Part shown: positions 1 to 9,918 of the stretch, in pieces
How positions within the stretch are numbered: position 1 is the stretch's first letter
Layout of the letters: each line of letters starts with the position of its first letter
From: Wolbachia endosymbiont of Drosophila innubila
Lineage (GTDB): Bacteria; Pseudomonadota; Alphaproteobacteria; Rickettsiales; Anaplasmataceae
Reading direction: 5' to 3'
Length of the DNA: 32,000 bases
NCBI RefSeq assembly: GCF_021378375.1
Contig: NZ_CP076228.1
Location: 60,001-92,000, forward strand
Translations under genes and position numbers: made by a program
Notes under the pieces: model-generated
The model's database searches: none
What the model was told of the DNA's origin: nothing
The model's input: only the letters and a program-made list of their open reading frames with translations

Positions 1-894
1 ATTCTGCATTTGCTTTATTCAAGATTTTTCTGCCGTGCTTTAACCAAATGTGGCTATTTTGATATTAAAGAGCCTTTCTCTACTTTAATCACTCAAGGAA
101 TGGTCTGCCATGCAACTTATAAAGACGAAAATGGTAAGTGGCTATTTCCCGCAGAAGCAAAAGAATTAATAGCGCGAGGTGCAAAAGTTCAAGTGGGCAA
201 AGTTGAAAAAATGAGCAAATCGAAAAAGAATACAGTTGACCCAAACTTTATCATAGAAAAGTATGGTGCTGATACTGCTCGCTTGTTTGTGTTGTCCGAC
301 ACTCCTCCGGAGAAAGATATGGAATGGTCCGATGATGGCGTGGAAGGTTGTTCTCGTTATGTAAATAAATTGTGGCGTATGGTCATGCAGCTAAGACCTG
401 TAAATATACACTATGATAATGAAAATGTTACGGGTGGACTTCTGGAGTACAGAAAAAAAATTCATAAACTCTTACACGGACTTACAGATGACTTGGAAAA
501 CTGCAGATTAAACTGTGTAGTGGCAAAATTTCGTGAGATGACGAATTTAATAGCTGAAATAGACGTAAAAACTGGAAAATCTCTTATTGATGAAGGTATA
601 TGTATATTAATCAGAGTAATCGAACCATTCATACCACATCTAGCTGAAAGCCTATGGCAAGAAATAGGAGGTCAACCTTGGCCAAAAGCTGATGAATCAT
701 TATTAGTTGACGATACGGTAACTATAGCAGTGCAAATCAATGGAAAATTACGTACAACAATCAAGGTGGCAATTAACTTACCTCAAGAAGAATTGAAGAA
801 AATAGCGATAGACTCTGTGTCCAGTAAGATCGATCAAAGCAAAGTTCGCACTGTATATGCTGTACCAAATAAGATAGTAAATATAGTTATATAA
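1..894 (+). CDS. leuS: Leucyl-tRNA synthetase, C-terminal part (5' end outside window)
   Basis: Frame is open from base 1 (ILHLLYSRFF...), then KMSKSKKNTVDP (KMSKS motif), TARLFVLSDTPPEKDMEWSDDGVEG and a C-terminal anticodon-binding domain typical of LeuRS. Confidence 0.97.
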   Translation: MLHLLYSRFFCRALTKCGYFDIKEPFSTLITQGMVCHATYKDENGKWLFPAEAKELIARGAKVQVGKVEKMSKSKKNTVDPNFIIEKYGADTARLFVLSDTPPEKDMEWSDDGVEGCSRYVNKLWRMVMQLRPVNIHYDNENVTGGLLEYRKKIHKLLHGLTDDLENCRLNCVVAKFREMTNLIAEIDVKTGKSLIDEGICILIRVIEPFIPHLAESLWQEIGGQPWPKADESLLVDDTVTIAVQINGKLRTTIKVAINLPQEELKKIAIDSVSSKIDQSKVRTVYAVPNKIVNIVI

Positions 895-1022
895 AAGACC
901 TGAGTAGTACGTTTTATATAATCTGATTTTATGGCTATACTTTTTTTGACATGTAGTTATATCTTTTTTAATATAAAGGATATATACTTATGCATTATAT
1001 ATTTTTTTGTATGAGGAGTTAT

Positions 1023-1658
1023 ATGAAAATAAAGAGATTGTGCGTTTTGGCTGTGTTGCTTACTTCATCTCTAGCAGGTGCAGCTAGTAATAGTGCAAGT
1101 AAGTCAGAAGATAAGTACTATGCAGGTTTAAACTTTGGTGCTGGTTGGGGTGGTGGCTTTAAAATGAAACCTGGTGTTGTTCTTGGTTACCATTATGACC
1201 AAAACTCTAAATTTGAACTTGAGGTTCTCAGTAATATTAAGTCATTAAAGAGCATAGGAGCTAGCTTATTGGCAAACTACCGCTTCTATCCTGACCTTGA
1301 TATTGATCCCGTTAAACTATATGTCAGCGGAGGTTTAGGAGGATATCTCCAAATAACACCTTTTGGCTTTGGTGTTAGTGATACAGTTGATGGTGATGGC
1401 AATAGTTCACAAGAAGAAAAAGAAAAGGAAGAAGAAACACAAGGTGCTCCAGAATCAGGTGGTGAAGCTGCTGGTTCATCTGTAGTAGATAAAATACTGA
1501 GTTCTATTTCCTATAAACTAAAGTTAGGTGTTGATTATGAAATTACTCCGCAGATAATTGGTGCAGTTGGTATGACCATGGGTGGGCAACTAAGTGGTAT
1601 AAAAGCAAAACAAATACCAGATGCAACTCTAGAGATAGGGGTACGTTATAATTTTTAA
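1023..1658 (+). CDS. Surface antigen / outer membrane beta-barrel protein (Wolbachia/Anaplasma OMP-like)
   Basis: Signal peptide MKIKRLCVLAVLLTSSLAGAAS, then YYAGLNFGAGWGGGF...GYHYDQNSKFELE... and terminal aromatic RYNF. ORF opens at 990 but ATG 1023 gives the signal peptide start. Confidence 0.8.
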   Translation: MKIKRLCVLAVLLTSSLAGAASNSASKSEDKYYAGLNFGAGWGGGFKMKPGVVLGYHYDQNSKFELEVLSNIKSLKSIGASLLANYRFYPDLDIDPVKLYVSGGLGGYLQITPFGFGVSDTVDGDGNSSQEEKEKEEETQGAPESGGEAAGSSVVDKILSSISYKLKLGVDYEITPQIIGAVGMTMGGQLSGIKAKQIPDATLEIGVRYNF

Positions 1659-1929
1659 TGCTGCTACTTAGTTCATAAAGGTAGAGACGATGTTGAGGAT
1701 GAAATAAACAGCATTAAAAAAAATCCGAAAACGTATTTTCGAATATGGTTTTGAACGCTAGCTATAGATTAGAAAAATAACAAGAAAAAGGGTAAACATA
1801 CTGTAATTGCTGTTGAATGATGGAGTCCATTATTTTAGCACGAAGTAACGAATTCAGTAGAATAAGTTCTTCAAAAATAATTTAAACTTTTATTAGTAGG
1901 AGCAGTCTCATGGAATATTATAGCGATCT

Positions 1930-2044
1930 CACTAAAAGAAACTTTTATAAGTATCGTTGATGAGAAAGGAAAAATTGTTAAGGAAGAAGTTGTTGCAAGA
2001 GAAAGTAAGGCAATAGCTGAATTTTTTCTTGGTCAAGGCAAAAA
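1930..2044 (+). pseudogene. IS110-like transposase N-terminal remnant
   Basis: Degenerate reading 'IAISLKETFISIVDEKGKIVKEEVVARESKAIAEFFLGQG' resembles the N-terminus of IS110-type transposases. It is truncated at the IS3-like element starting at 2045. Confidence 0.45.
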
Positions 2045-2059
2045 TGACCTTACCCAGAA

Positions 2060-2910
2060 AAAGTGGAGAGAAAGTGTGGAATGTTTTTTACAAAAAGAAT
2101 GATGCATCAAATTGTTCTGGAATGCAATAGTTAATAGTGACGTTGTTTGTTATAAAAAATTTCTATGTATTCAAATATTGCAGTTCTAGTTTGTTGAGCA
2201 GAGTGTTGTGAAGTATCAATAAGTATTTCTCTTTTCAATGAGCTAAAGAAGCTTTCTGCAACAGAATTGTCGTAACAACAGCCTTTATTACTCATCTATA
2301 TTCTTTACAGCTAAGAGATATTGATACCCTTGCGCAGTATATTGTGAACCTTGGTCACTGTGCAGCAGTAGATTTTTAACAGGTTTACGCCTATTAATGG
2401 CCATTAATAAAGAGTTCATAACCAATTGTTTATTTATTGCACTACTCATTAACTACCATACGTGAGAATTATTGCTGCCAAATATAGCCATCCCTCCTTG
2501 GTTTTGATGTAAGTAATCCCATACTTTATTTGGTTGATCAACAATAAAGTTTTGATCTAGTATATTGGGAGCTACAGCTCTATTATCTGTTTGTTGTTTT
2601 TAATTTTAAACTTTCTTCTCAGTATAGCCCTGATGTCATTTTTCTGCATAATACTTTGCACCGTTTTCAAATTGCAACTTTTACCCAAAGCCTTCAATTC
2701 AGCATGAATTTTAGAGCTCCATATCTACATTTAGAAACTTGATATATTTTTTGAATAGCTGCGAGTAGCTCTTTATTTGCTGATTCTCTACTGCTTATTT
2801 TTCTTGTGGTCCACTTATAGTAGCCACTAGCAGAAAATCCTACATAATTCCTGTACTTTATAGCAGTTACTATATAAAAAATATTTTACTCTTTTGACTG
2901 GCCAGGGCTT
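2060..2910 (-). pseudogene. Degraded IS3-family orfB transposase (multiple frameshifts)
   Basis: Minus-strand fragments in several frames: HSDQGSQYTA-like from ctgctgcacagtgaccaaggttcacaatatact; VDQPNKVW; CYDNSVAESFFSSLKRE-like from tgttacgacaattctgttgcagaaagcttctttagctc. Confidence 0.8.
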
Positions 2911-2914
2911 TTTT

Positions 2915-3160
2915 TTAATGTCTCTTTCCCTTGTTACTCTTGCTTTGTAAATCAAACCTCTCTTTGTCATAAGGTGCTACATCTGGAAATGCATTTGCCG
3001 CCGACTTTTTTTCGTTGTGTTTCTTTATCCATTTTCCTAATACACTATCCCTTATTCCTAGATCTCTTGCTACTTTTGCAACTGGTTGACCTACCTTTCT
3101 TTGTTCATTTGCCAGTTTAACAGCTTCCAATTTGAATTCTGCTGTATATTCTCTTACCAT
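2915..3160 (-). CDS. IS3-family transposase orfA-like protein (HTH)
   Basis: MVREYTAEFKLEAVKLANEQRKVGQPVAKVARDLGIRDSVLGKWIKKHNE is a typical IS3 orfA HTH. The same 81 aa are encoded at 17582..17827. Confidence 0.85.
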   Translation of the reverse strand: MVREYTAEFKLEAVKLANEQRKVGQPVAKVARDLGIRDSVLGKWIKKHNEKKSAANAFPDVAPYDKERFDLQSKSNKGKRH

Positions 3161-3296
3161 TTCTAATCCTCCAAAATTTTATTTTACCCAAAAAAACTCT
3201 TTTCTTTCTCTCCACTTTTTCTGGGTAAGGTCAAACAATGACTATGCAAAAAACCTAATAACATGTATAATCTATAAATAATTTCTGAGGTAGATT

Positions 3297-4004
3297 GTGA
3301 AACTAGGTGTTAATATCGATCACGTTGCAACCCTCCGCAACGCACGTGGAACTTCTTATCCAGATCCATTGAAAGCAGCAGAAATAGCCATTGACGCTGG
3401 AGCAGACTTTATTACTGTACACTTACGAGAAGATAGAAGGCATATTAGAGATGAAGACGTATTTAACCTAAAAAAAAGCATTAGCACTGAGCTAAATCTT
3501 GAAATTGCAGCCACGGAAGAAATGCTTGAAATAGCAAAAAAGGTAAAACCCTATTCGATTAGTATAGTACCAGAAAAAAGAGAAGAATTAACAACCGAAG
3601 GTGGCCTGGATATCGTGAATATGCACAGTAAACTTTCTAGTATAATAGAGGAAATGCATAGCTCTAGCATAAAAGTCTCACTGTTTATCGATCCAAATAT
3701 TGATCAACTAAAATATCTTGAAAAGCTAGGGACAAAACCTGACATAATAGAAATTCACACAGGGGATTACTGTGATAATCCATCAGAAAAAAAGTTACAG
3801 TTAATTACTAATGCTGCAGAGTACGTCAATAAATTAGGAATAGAATGCCACGCAGGACATGGCATAACTTATAAACACGCTAAGAAGATGACAAGAATAT
3901 CTCACATCTCAGCTCTTAACATAGGCCACTATTTAATTAGCGAAGCTGTATTTTACGGCTTACACAGCGTAGTAAAAACAATGAAAATGACAATGTCTAA
4001 CTAA
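3297..4004 (+). CDS. pdxJ: Pyridoxine 5'-phosphate synthase
   Basis: [28 protein letters not shown]...[12 protein letters not shown]-like and GIECHAGHG; full length, GTG start. Confidence 0.97.
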   Translation: MKLGVNIDHVATLRNARGTSYPDPLKAAEIAIDAGADFITVHLREDRRHIRDEDVFNLKKSISTELNLEIAATEEMLEIAKKVKPYSISIVPEKREELTTEGGLDIVNMHSKLSSIIEEMHSSSIKVSLFIDPNIDQLKYLEKLGTKPDIIEIHTGDYCDNPSEKKLQLITNAAEYVNKLGIECHAGHGITYKHAKKMTRISHISALNIGHYLISEAVFYGLHSVVKTMKMTMSN

Positions 4005-4308
4005 CTGCTGCTTTTTCCTTCTCATTTAAAATACTTAAAAGAGTTTGGCTTGCTTTAAATTTTACCCTTGTCTTTTTAGGAACAGTCATGATCTGACCAC
4101 TTTGGGGGTTACGACATTGTTTTTCCTGACTGATAGCAGTAGAAAATGTTCCTATTCCATGCAAACGTATTTCACCTTTCCCATGCAGCTCATTCTTTAT
4201 TATTTTAATAAACGCATCATGAATCTTGCTCAAATCAGATTTTGTTATATCTATATTCTGACTAGAACAATCTTCCTTTAATTGTTTTATTATATCTTCT
4301 TTACTCAT
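3997..4308 (-). CDS. HU/IHF-family DNA-binding protein
   Basis: [45 protein letters not shown] matches the HU/IHF beta-arm region. Convergent with pdxJ, 8 bp overlap. Confidence 0.85.
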   Translation of the reverse strand: MSKEDIIKQLKEDCSSQNIDITKSDLSKIHDAFIKIIKNELHGKGEIRLHGIGTFSTAISQEKQCRNPQSGQIMTVPKKTRVKFKASQTLLSILNEKEKAAVS

Positions 4309-4454
4309 AAATTACCTTAATATTGAAAAAATCACATAAATAGCATATTATGTTGACACCGATAGTCAACTAAATTCATCACAAAAATAGAGGATATCAT
4401 ACATTTTTGCAAATATTTGTATAATACTTACAAAAAAACACCCCTATAAAATAA

Positions 4455-4910
4455 CTATCTCTTAGAAAATTGACACTTTTTCCGAGCTTTATGTTGACCA
4501 TATTTCTTACGTTCAACAACACGTGAATCTCTAGTTAAGAACTCACCATTACGTAGTATAGAATGCAAATCTTGGCTTACACTACTTAAAGCTCTGCTTA
4601 TTCCATGAGCTAGAGCACCTGCTTGACCAGATAGCCCTCCACCTTTTACAGTTGCAAATACATCGTATTTATCCAATGTGGAAGTTGCAACAAATGGCAT
4701 TTTTACTATTTGGCACACTGACTCTCTTTTAAAATAAGAAATTAGATCGCCTTTTTTGTTAACACTAAATTTTCCACTCCCCGGCTTTATCCATACTCTT
4801 GCTACAGATTCTTTTCTTCGGCCTGTAGCATATAAACGACCAAGCGAATCAACTGCTGATTTAATTGTCTTTTCTGACCAATCATTGTTATTTATTGTAA
4901 AACTCTTCAT
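4455..4910 (-). CDS. rpsI: 30S ribosomal protein S9
   Basis: [25 protein letters not shown]...[19 protein letters not shown]...[24 protein letters not shown]. Confidence 0.98.
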   Translation of the reverse strand: MKSFTINNNDWSEKTIKSAVDSLGRLYATGRRKESVARVWIKPGSGKFSVNKKGDLISYFKRESVCQIVKMPFVATSTLDKYDVFATVKGGGLSGQAGALAHGISRALSSVSQDLHSILRNGEFLTRDSRVVERKKYGQHKARKKCQFSKR

Positions 4911-4920
4911 TTTTACTCCA

Positions 4921-5394
4921 TTACTTTTTATTTTTACGATTCAAAGAGGCAAAATCTATCTTTTCAGGTTGCTGTCCTTGATGCTTATGCTCTGAACCAG
5001 AATAAACATACAAATTTTCAAAGCGTCTACGTGCCATAGGCCCATCATCAAGCATCCTTTTCACTGCCATTTCTATTACACGCTCAGGAAATTTGCCATT
5101 TAAAATATTATCTGGAGTAGTTTTCTTCAAACCACCAGAATAACCTGTATGCTTATAGTAAATTTTATCTTTAAGCTTCTTTCCGGTGAAATGCACCTTT
5201 TCTGCGTTGATAATAATTACATTATCGCCACAATCCATATGAGGTGTATACTCAGGTTTATGCTTTCCACGTAATAGTGTCGCTACAAATGCTGCAAGCC
5301 TCCCTACCACTAATCCTTCTGCATCCATGACAAACCACTTTTTATTGATTTGTTTCTCCTTTAAGAAAAAAGTCTTCATTATTTGATCCAACAA
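4921..5394 (-). CDS. rplM: 50S ribosomal protein L13 (start may be the internal ATG at 5379)
   Basis: [56 protein letters not shown]; adjacent to rpsI. Confidence 0.97.
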   Translation of the reverse strand: MLDQIMKTFFLKEKQINKKWFVMDAEGLVVGRLAAFVATLLRGKHKPEYTPHMDCGDNVIIINAEKVHFTGKKLKDKIYYKHTGYSGGLKKTTPDNILNGKFPERVIEMAVKRMLDDGPMARRRFENLYVYSGSEHKHQGQQPEKIDFASLNRKNKK

Positions 5395-5508
5395 TAGTAA
5401 GCTATGATATACTTAATTTCTCAATAGTGTCAACAATATTAGTTATTGATTATTAAAGTAATTTATGTTAGTAATTGAGCTGCGCAACCAATATGCATAA
5501 GAATTAGA

Positions 5509-6732
5509 ATGTTTCGATTGATTATCACACTTGCGATCATTTTTAATACTATAAGTTGCTATGCAACCGATGTGGGAGAAGTGATAAGCAAAGCCATCAA
5601 AAATAGCTCAAAAATAAAGTCTCAATTTTACCAATATAAAAGCGCAGAAAAACACTATAAATCTTCTGGTTTAGCTGGATTTTTACCTGACATTAATTTG
5701 CAATACAATTTCGATAGTAACTTTAATCTTGATACATCTGAAAAAAAACTTACATTGCGCCAGAAATTAATCGATGGCGGTGGTACCTTTGCCACATTCA
5801 GTCGATCAAGCCATCTTCTCAAAGCAGAAAAGATGCGATTTCAGCAATTAAAACAAGAGCTTGCACTTAATGCTGTGAAAGCATATGTTAATGTTTTACA
5901 AAAGACAGAAATATTAAAGCTCAGAGAACATAAAGAACGCGTTTCTTTGGAACATTTGTCAGCTATGAAAAAACGCTTTTCCCTTGGAGAGGTAACCAAT
6001 GCTGAAGTTTTGTTAGCAAAAGCAAAATTTTCGTCTTCTATATCCGAAAGAGTTGATGCTGAAGGTAAATTAAAGTTGGTAAATATTGCTTATTATCATT
6101 TGATTGGCGAAGATGCTGATGACCTTTCTGAAGCTAATGATAAACTACCTTCTGTTCCAGAGTTAAATGAATGTTTACAGTTAGCAAAAATCAATAATTT
6201 ATCTCTAAAAGCAGCAGTTTATCAAAAAAGAGCAGCCGGAATGGAAGTGATTGCTGAAAGCTCCAAGTGGCTTCCTTCTTTAAATCTAAGTGCAAGCAAA
6301 AATTTTGGGGAGGATGGTATGAAGGTAGACAAACTATTAGAAAATGTTCATGTAGTTTTTACTCTTGATGTTCCAATCTTTAAGAGAGGAGTTAATGCTT
6401 TTGGTGTCAGTAAAGCTAAAATGGATGCAAAAAAATCTACCTACGATTATTATGAAACGGTAAAAAATATAGAACAAGCAGTTGTAAATGCTTGGAATAA
6501 TGTGTTGACAGCAAAGGCCATTATCAAAGCAAGTCAAGAAGCGGAAAAAGCAGCAGCTCTAGCATTGGAAGGAGTTGAGCAAGAAGTAAACTTAAATTTA
6601 AAGAGTACATCTGACCTTTTGGACACTGAAGATGCATTATTTAAAGCACGTTCAGACTTAGTTGAAGCAAAAAGCAATTATGTGATTAGTGTTTACAACT
6701 TGCTTTTTATGATAAATAGTATAAACCTCTAA
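5509..6732 (+). CDS. tolC: TolC-family outer membrane efflux protein
   Basis: Signal peptide, NLQYNFDSNFNLD..., alpha-helical repeats, NVHVVFTLDVPIFKRGVNAFGVSKAK, AWNNVLTAKA. Typical TolC/OEP architecture. Confidence 0.88.
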   Translation: MFRLIITLAIIFNTISCYATDVGEVISKAIKNSSKIKSQFYQYKSAEKHYKSSGLAGFLPDINLQYNFDSNFNLDTSEKKLTLRQKLIDGGGTFATFSRSSHLLKAEKMRFQQLKQELALNAVKAYVNVLQKTEILKLREHKERVSLEHLSAMKKRFSLGEVTNAEVLLAKAKFSSSISERVDAEGKLKLVNIAYYHLIGEDADDLSEANDKLPSVPELNECLQLAKINNLSLKAAVYQKRAAGMEVIAESSKWLPSLNLSASKNFGEDGMKVDKLLENVHVVFTLDVPIFKRGVNAFGVSKAKMDAKKSTYDYYETVKNIEQAVVNAWNNVLTAKAIIKASQEAEKAAALALEGVEQEVNLNLKSTSDLLDTEDALFKARSDLVEAKSNYVISVYNLLFMINSINL

Positions 6733-6751
6733 ATTTAATGGTATTAGCACT

Positions 6752-7327
6752 ATGCATGATGAACAAGGTAATCAATCTGTAAAAGATATCCTAGAAGATA
6801 TAAAAAAAGCTATATCGGGTAAAAACGCGAGTAACGATAAAGCAGAAATAAAGGATGAAAATGATGATGTGCTATACCTTGAGGAAGAGTATCCAGAAGA
6901 AATAGAAGAAGATGGCAAAAAAGAAAATAATGAAAAAGAGGACATTGATAATGATGACCAAAGTGAGGAAATGGCTTGCAACAATAACCAATTTAATGGC
7001 CATAGCTACAATTCAGAAGAAAAAAAAGATATTTATTTGTACGATAATATCCAAATGAGTAATAACACAGCGAGTAATAGCGGCTTACAAGCGCAAAATA
7101 ACGATCATCTAATTTTAAAAGAGAATATGGAAGAGATCAAAGCGTTGCTTGGAAAAATGCAAAACGAATTACAGCATAAACAACAAAAAAAAGCGAACCT
7201 TACTGTTGAAGAATTAGTTACATCTCTTTTAAAACCTCAGCTCTCAGAATGGCTGAATAAATATCTACATGCACTGGTAAAAGAAGTAGTTGAAAAAGAG
7301 CTTAAAGATATAATCAATAATAAGTAG
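6752..7327 (+). CDS. PopZ-like (DUF2497) pole-organizing protein
   Basis: N-terminal QSVKDILEDIKKAISG motif, long acidic linker, C-terminal TVEELVTSLLKPQLSEWLNKYLHALVKEVVEKELKDI resembling the PopZ C-terminal helical domain. Confidence 0.75.
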   Translation: MHDEQGNQSVKDILEDIKKAISGKNASNDKAEIKDENDDVLYLEEEYPEEIEEDGKKENNEKEDIDNDDQSEEMACNNNQFNGHSYNSEEKKDIYLYDNIQMSNNTASNSGLQAQNNDHLILKENMEEIKALLGKMQNELQHKQQKKANLTVEELVTSLLKPQLSEWLNKYLHALVKEVVEKELKDIINNK

Positions 7328-7403
7328 GGTATTAGCAATAAAAACTAGAGTAAAGACGGCTAGAGGCAGAAAACTATCTTCAACAAGGTGGCTACATCGT
7401 CAT

Positions 7404-7982
7404 TTGAATGATCAGTATGTGCAAAAAACTAGCAAGGATGGTTATAGGTCACGCTCAGCATATAAGCTGGTAGAAATGGATAACAAATTTAAATTATTCC
7501 AAAAAGGGCAAAAAATTATTGATCTTGGTGCTTCTCCTGGTGGATGGTCACAAGTTGCATCTCAGAAAGGTGCAAATGTGGTTGCTCTTGACATAAAACC
7601 AATGAACGCAATTAATGGAGTAGAGTTTATACAATGTGATATTATCAATGAGTTTGAAATTTTAAGAGAAAAATTCAAGGATCAAAAATTTGATGTAATT
7701 TTATCTGACATGGCGCCCGAATCTTGTGGTTTAAAATCGTTGGATCATATCAGAATTATGCTTTTATGCGAAGCAGCGCTCAATTTTGCAAAGCATTTCT
7801 TGAGTCATGGTGGCACGTTTGTAGTAAAAATTTTCCAAGGAGAATCTGACAAAGATTTTTGTAACGAGCTAAAAAAAATGTTTAAAACAGTAAAATACTT
7901 TAAACCAAAGTCAAGTAGATCTGAATCTACAGAAATGTATTTGGTAAGTTTAGGCTTTATTGGCAGCAAAACTTTTATATAA
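7404..7982 (+). CDS. rlmE: 23S rRNA (uridine 2552 2'-O)-methyltransferase; real N-terminus probably extends upstream
   Basis: DGYRSRSAYKLVEMDNKFKLFQKGQKIIDLGASPGGWSQVA...DVILSDMAPESCG. In-frame upstream codons read RVKTARGRKLSSTRWLHRHLNDQYVQK, matching the conserved family N-terminus. Confidence 0.95.
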   Translation: MNDQYVQKTSKDGYRSRSAYKLVEMDNKFKLFQKGQKIIDLGASPGGWSQVASQKGANVVALDIKPMNAINGVEFIQCDIINEFEILREKFKDQKFDVILSDMAPESCGLKSLDHIRIMLLCEAALNFAKHFLSHGGTFVVKIFQGESDKDFCNELKKMFKTVKYFKPKSSRSESTEMYLVSLGFIGSKTFI

Positions 7983-8200
7983 TATTAATCTAGGTAGTCC
8001 GCAGAAACAAAAAAACTTACTTAACACCCTTCGCCAACCCCCTTATCATGAAACTGAAGCTATTGTATTTGCTTTCGCCAATCTGCAGATTAAAAGGTAA
8101 GGATTACTTAATGTATCGGCGTCTTATGTTCAATTTTTTACAGTATATAGATACTGTATGTCTTTACAAAACTTCATCTACATCTAGGTTTTTATCTAAA

Positions 8201-8485
8201 TAAGCTGAACGCGCTTATAAAGCGTTACAAGACATCAAAAAATGCCAATACTCGACAGAGATAGTAAAAGACTAGCTAACTCGGGGATTCTTTGTCTTTT
8301 TTTCTGCTTAGTAAACTTCTTAAACATTTGCAGCGTAAGTTAGTTGCAATTAAAAGCAGCTGAATCTCGCTTGTCAAGCGTTTAAAACATAAAAAACGCC
8401 AATATTTTAAAGCGGATAATAACCCCAGGGCTTCTTTTGCCTTTTTTTCATTTGGTAAATTTCTTAATGTTTATAGCTAAACGAC
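8201..8485. repeat. Two diverged tandem copies of a noncoding module (about 8201-8335 and 8355-8485)
   Basis: Copy A: agctgaacgcgcttataaagcgttacaagacatcaaaaaatgccaatact...ctttttttctgcttagtaaacttctta. Copy B: agctgaatctcgcttgtcaagcgtttaaaacataaaaaacgccaatatt...cttttttttcatttggtaaatttctta (in sequence ccttttttttcatttggt). Confidence 0.6.
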
Positions 8486-8488
8486 AAT

Positions 8489-8552
8489 CGTCATCCCAGC
8501 GGGATCTGGAGATACCGCGGCGGTATGACGGTTCGCGACGGCATGACGATAA
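8489..8552. repeat. Palindromic intergenic repeat unit
   Basis: gtcatcccagcgggatctggagataccgcggcggtatgacggttcgcgacggcatgacgat; same family as the units from 8786 onward. Confidence 0.65.
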
Positions 8553-8570
8553 GGTTTATATCTTGTCATC

Positions 8571-8703
8571 CCAGTGCTTGACACTGGGATCCAGGAATTT
8601 TATTAAGTTGGTGAGCATAAAAATAGCTGTTTTACGTTAAAATACAATGTTTTGATGATTATGGAAGGGCTGGATTCCAGTGTCAAGCACTGGAATGACA
8701 CCA
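8571..8703. repeat. Large inverted repeat (arms about 30 bp around an approximately 60-70 bp spacer)
   Basis: gtcatcccagtgcttgacactgggatccagg ... ctggattccagtgtcaagcactggaatgac: near-perfect reverse complements. Confidence 0.75.
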
Positions 8704-8785
8704 TAGGGGCACTGCCATCATAAAGGAACCAGTGTCGGCTACTCGGATGACATCATAGGGGCCGCTGGGATGACACCCTGACAAT

Positions 8786-9030
8786 CGTCATCCCGCTACT
8801 TGTTAGCGGGATCTGGAGATACCGTGACGGTATGATGAGGGAGAACAGTTAGCGAATGAGATACCGCGAATGAATCGCGGTATAACGGTTCGCGGTGGTA
8901 TAGTAACTCGTCATCCCGCTACTTGTTAGCGGGATCTGGAGATACCGTGACGGTATGATGAGGGAGAACAGTTAGCGGATGAGATACCGCGAATGAATCG
9001 TGGTATGACGGTTCGCGGTGGCATGATGTA
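8786..9030 (+). repeat. Tandem direct repeat, two units of about 123 bp, each with internal palindromes
   Basis: cgtcatcccgctacttgttagcgggatctggagataccgtgacggtatgatgagggagaacagttagcg[a/g]atgagataccgcgaatgaatcg begins at 8786 and again at 8909. Confidence 0.85.
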
Positions 9031-9189
9031 GGACTGCTGTGACACCATTATAGAATGAACCAGTGTCAGCTACTTGCATAGAAAATGTTTATGACTAATT
9101 TTTAGATCAAACATGGAATTTCGACAAACTTAACTTTTTTGTGAGATGGTTCAGCAATAATAAATAAATTGAGAGGAAAGGTTACGGCA

Positions 9190-9918
9190 ATGGAAAAGAA
9201 AAAGTTTTTTGAAATAATAAATGAGGTAAGCAAGAGTGAAGGTTTAAATGAGAATAATTTACTTGAAAGAATAGGGAATAAGCTAAAAGATGCAGACTCA
9301 ATAGTATATAGCACTTATAACAATTTGAAGATAGATAAGATGCTCAGTATATTAGATTCAGACAAAATTGTAAATTATATGTTGGTACATCTTGCTGTGG
9401 AATGTAACAGTGTACCAATAGTAAAACTCCTACTAGCAAAGGAAGCAAAAGTTAATGAACCAATATATGAACTTGATGAAGCTAAGTCTAAGCTAACTGC
9501 TTTGCACATTGCTGCTTTGCATGGTCATCAAGAGATAGTTCAGCTTTTATTGAATAATGACGCAAATCCTTTACTAAAAGATAGTCAAGGCCGAACTCCA
9601 AGGGATATTGTCGGCGATGTAGAAGGTAAAAAGGCTATAATAAAAATGTTAGAGGAAGGAGAACAACGTTATGCTGAGACAAGAGCTACGAGAAGACAAC
9701 CTTATAGACAAGGCACTTTACTGCAGCCTAATAATAAAACTCCAGGAAATTTAGCTTTGAACGGAAATAACGTAACTGCTGCAGTACAAACATGGGTGCA
9801 AAACATCAGGAAGAGAATAGTAGAATTACACCAAACAACAAAAAAGTCTATGTACAAGATGAGGATGAACAGACTTCTTCAAACTCAATCGTTAATGAAA
9901 ACAATACAGACAAAGTAG
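9190..9918 (+). pseudogene. Ankyrin-repeat protein, N-terminal part of a probably frameshifted gene
   Basis: ANK motifs MVHLAVECNSVPIVKLLLAKEAKVNEP-like and KLTALHIAALHGHQEIVQLLLNNDANPLLKDSQGRTPRD. Frame ends at 9918 inside the next ORF, and its last residues look like out-of-frame translation. Confidence 0.65.

Larger units (their letters stand above)
2045..3233 (-). mobile_element. IS3-family-like insertion sequence, copy 1 (1189 bp)
   Basis: Terminal inverted repeats tgaccttacccagaaaaagtggagagaaag / ctttctctccactttttctgggtaaggtca. Intact orfA-like ORF and decayed orfB region inside. Second copy at 16708..17900. Confidence 0.9.

Noticed and set aside
4349-4370. Short inverted repeat gttgac-accgata-gtcaac between the HU-like gene and rpsI
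   Set aside because: Only 6-bp arms; within chance expectation in AT-rich intergenic DNA.
8437-8640. Small plus-strand ORF within the repeat cluster
   Set aside because: Composed of palindromic intergenic repeat sequence with no protein-like features.
2045-9040. Possible CRISPR array among the repeats
   Set aside because: Repeats are few, long, palindromic and irregularly spaced. There are no short regular repeat-spacer units and no cas genes.
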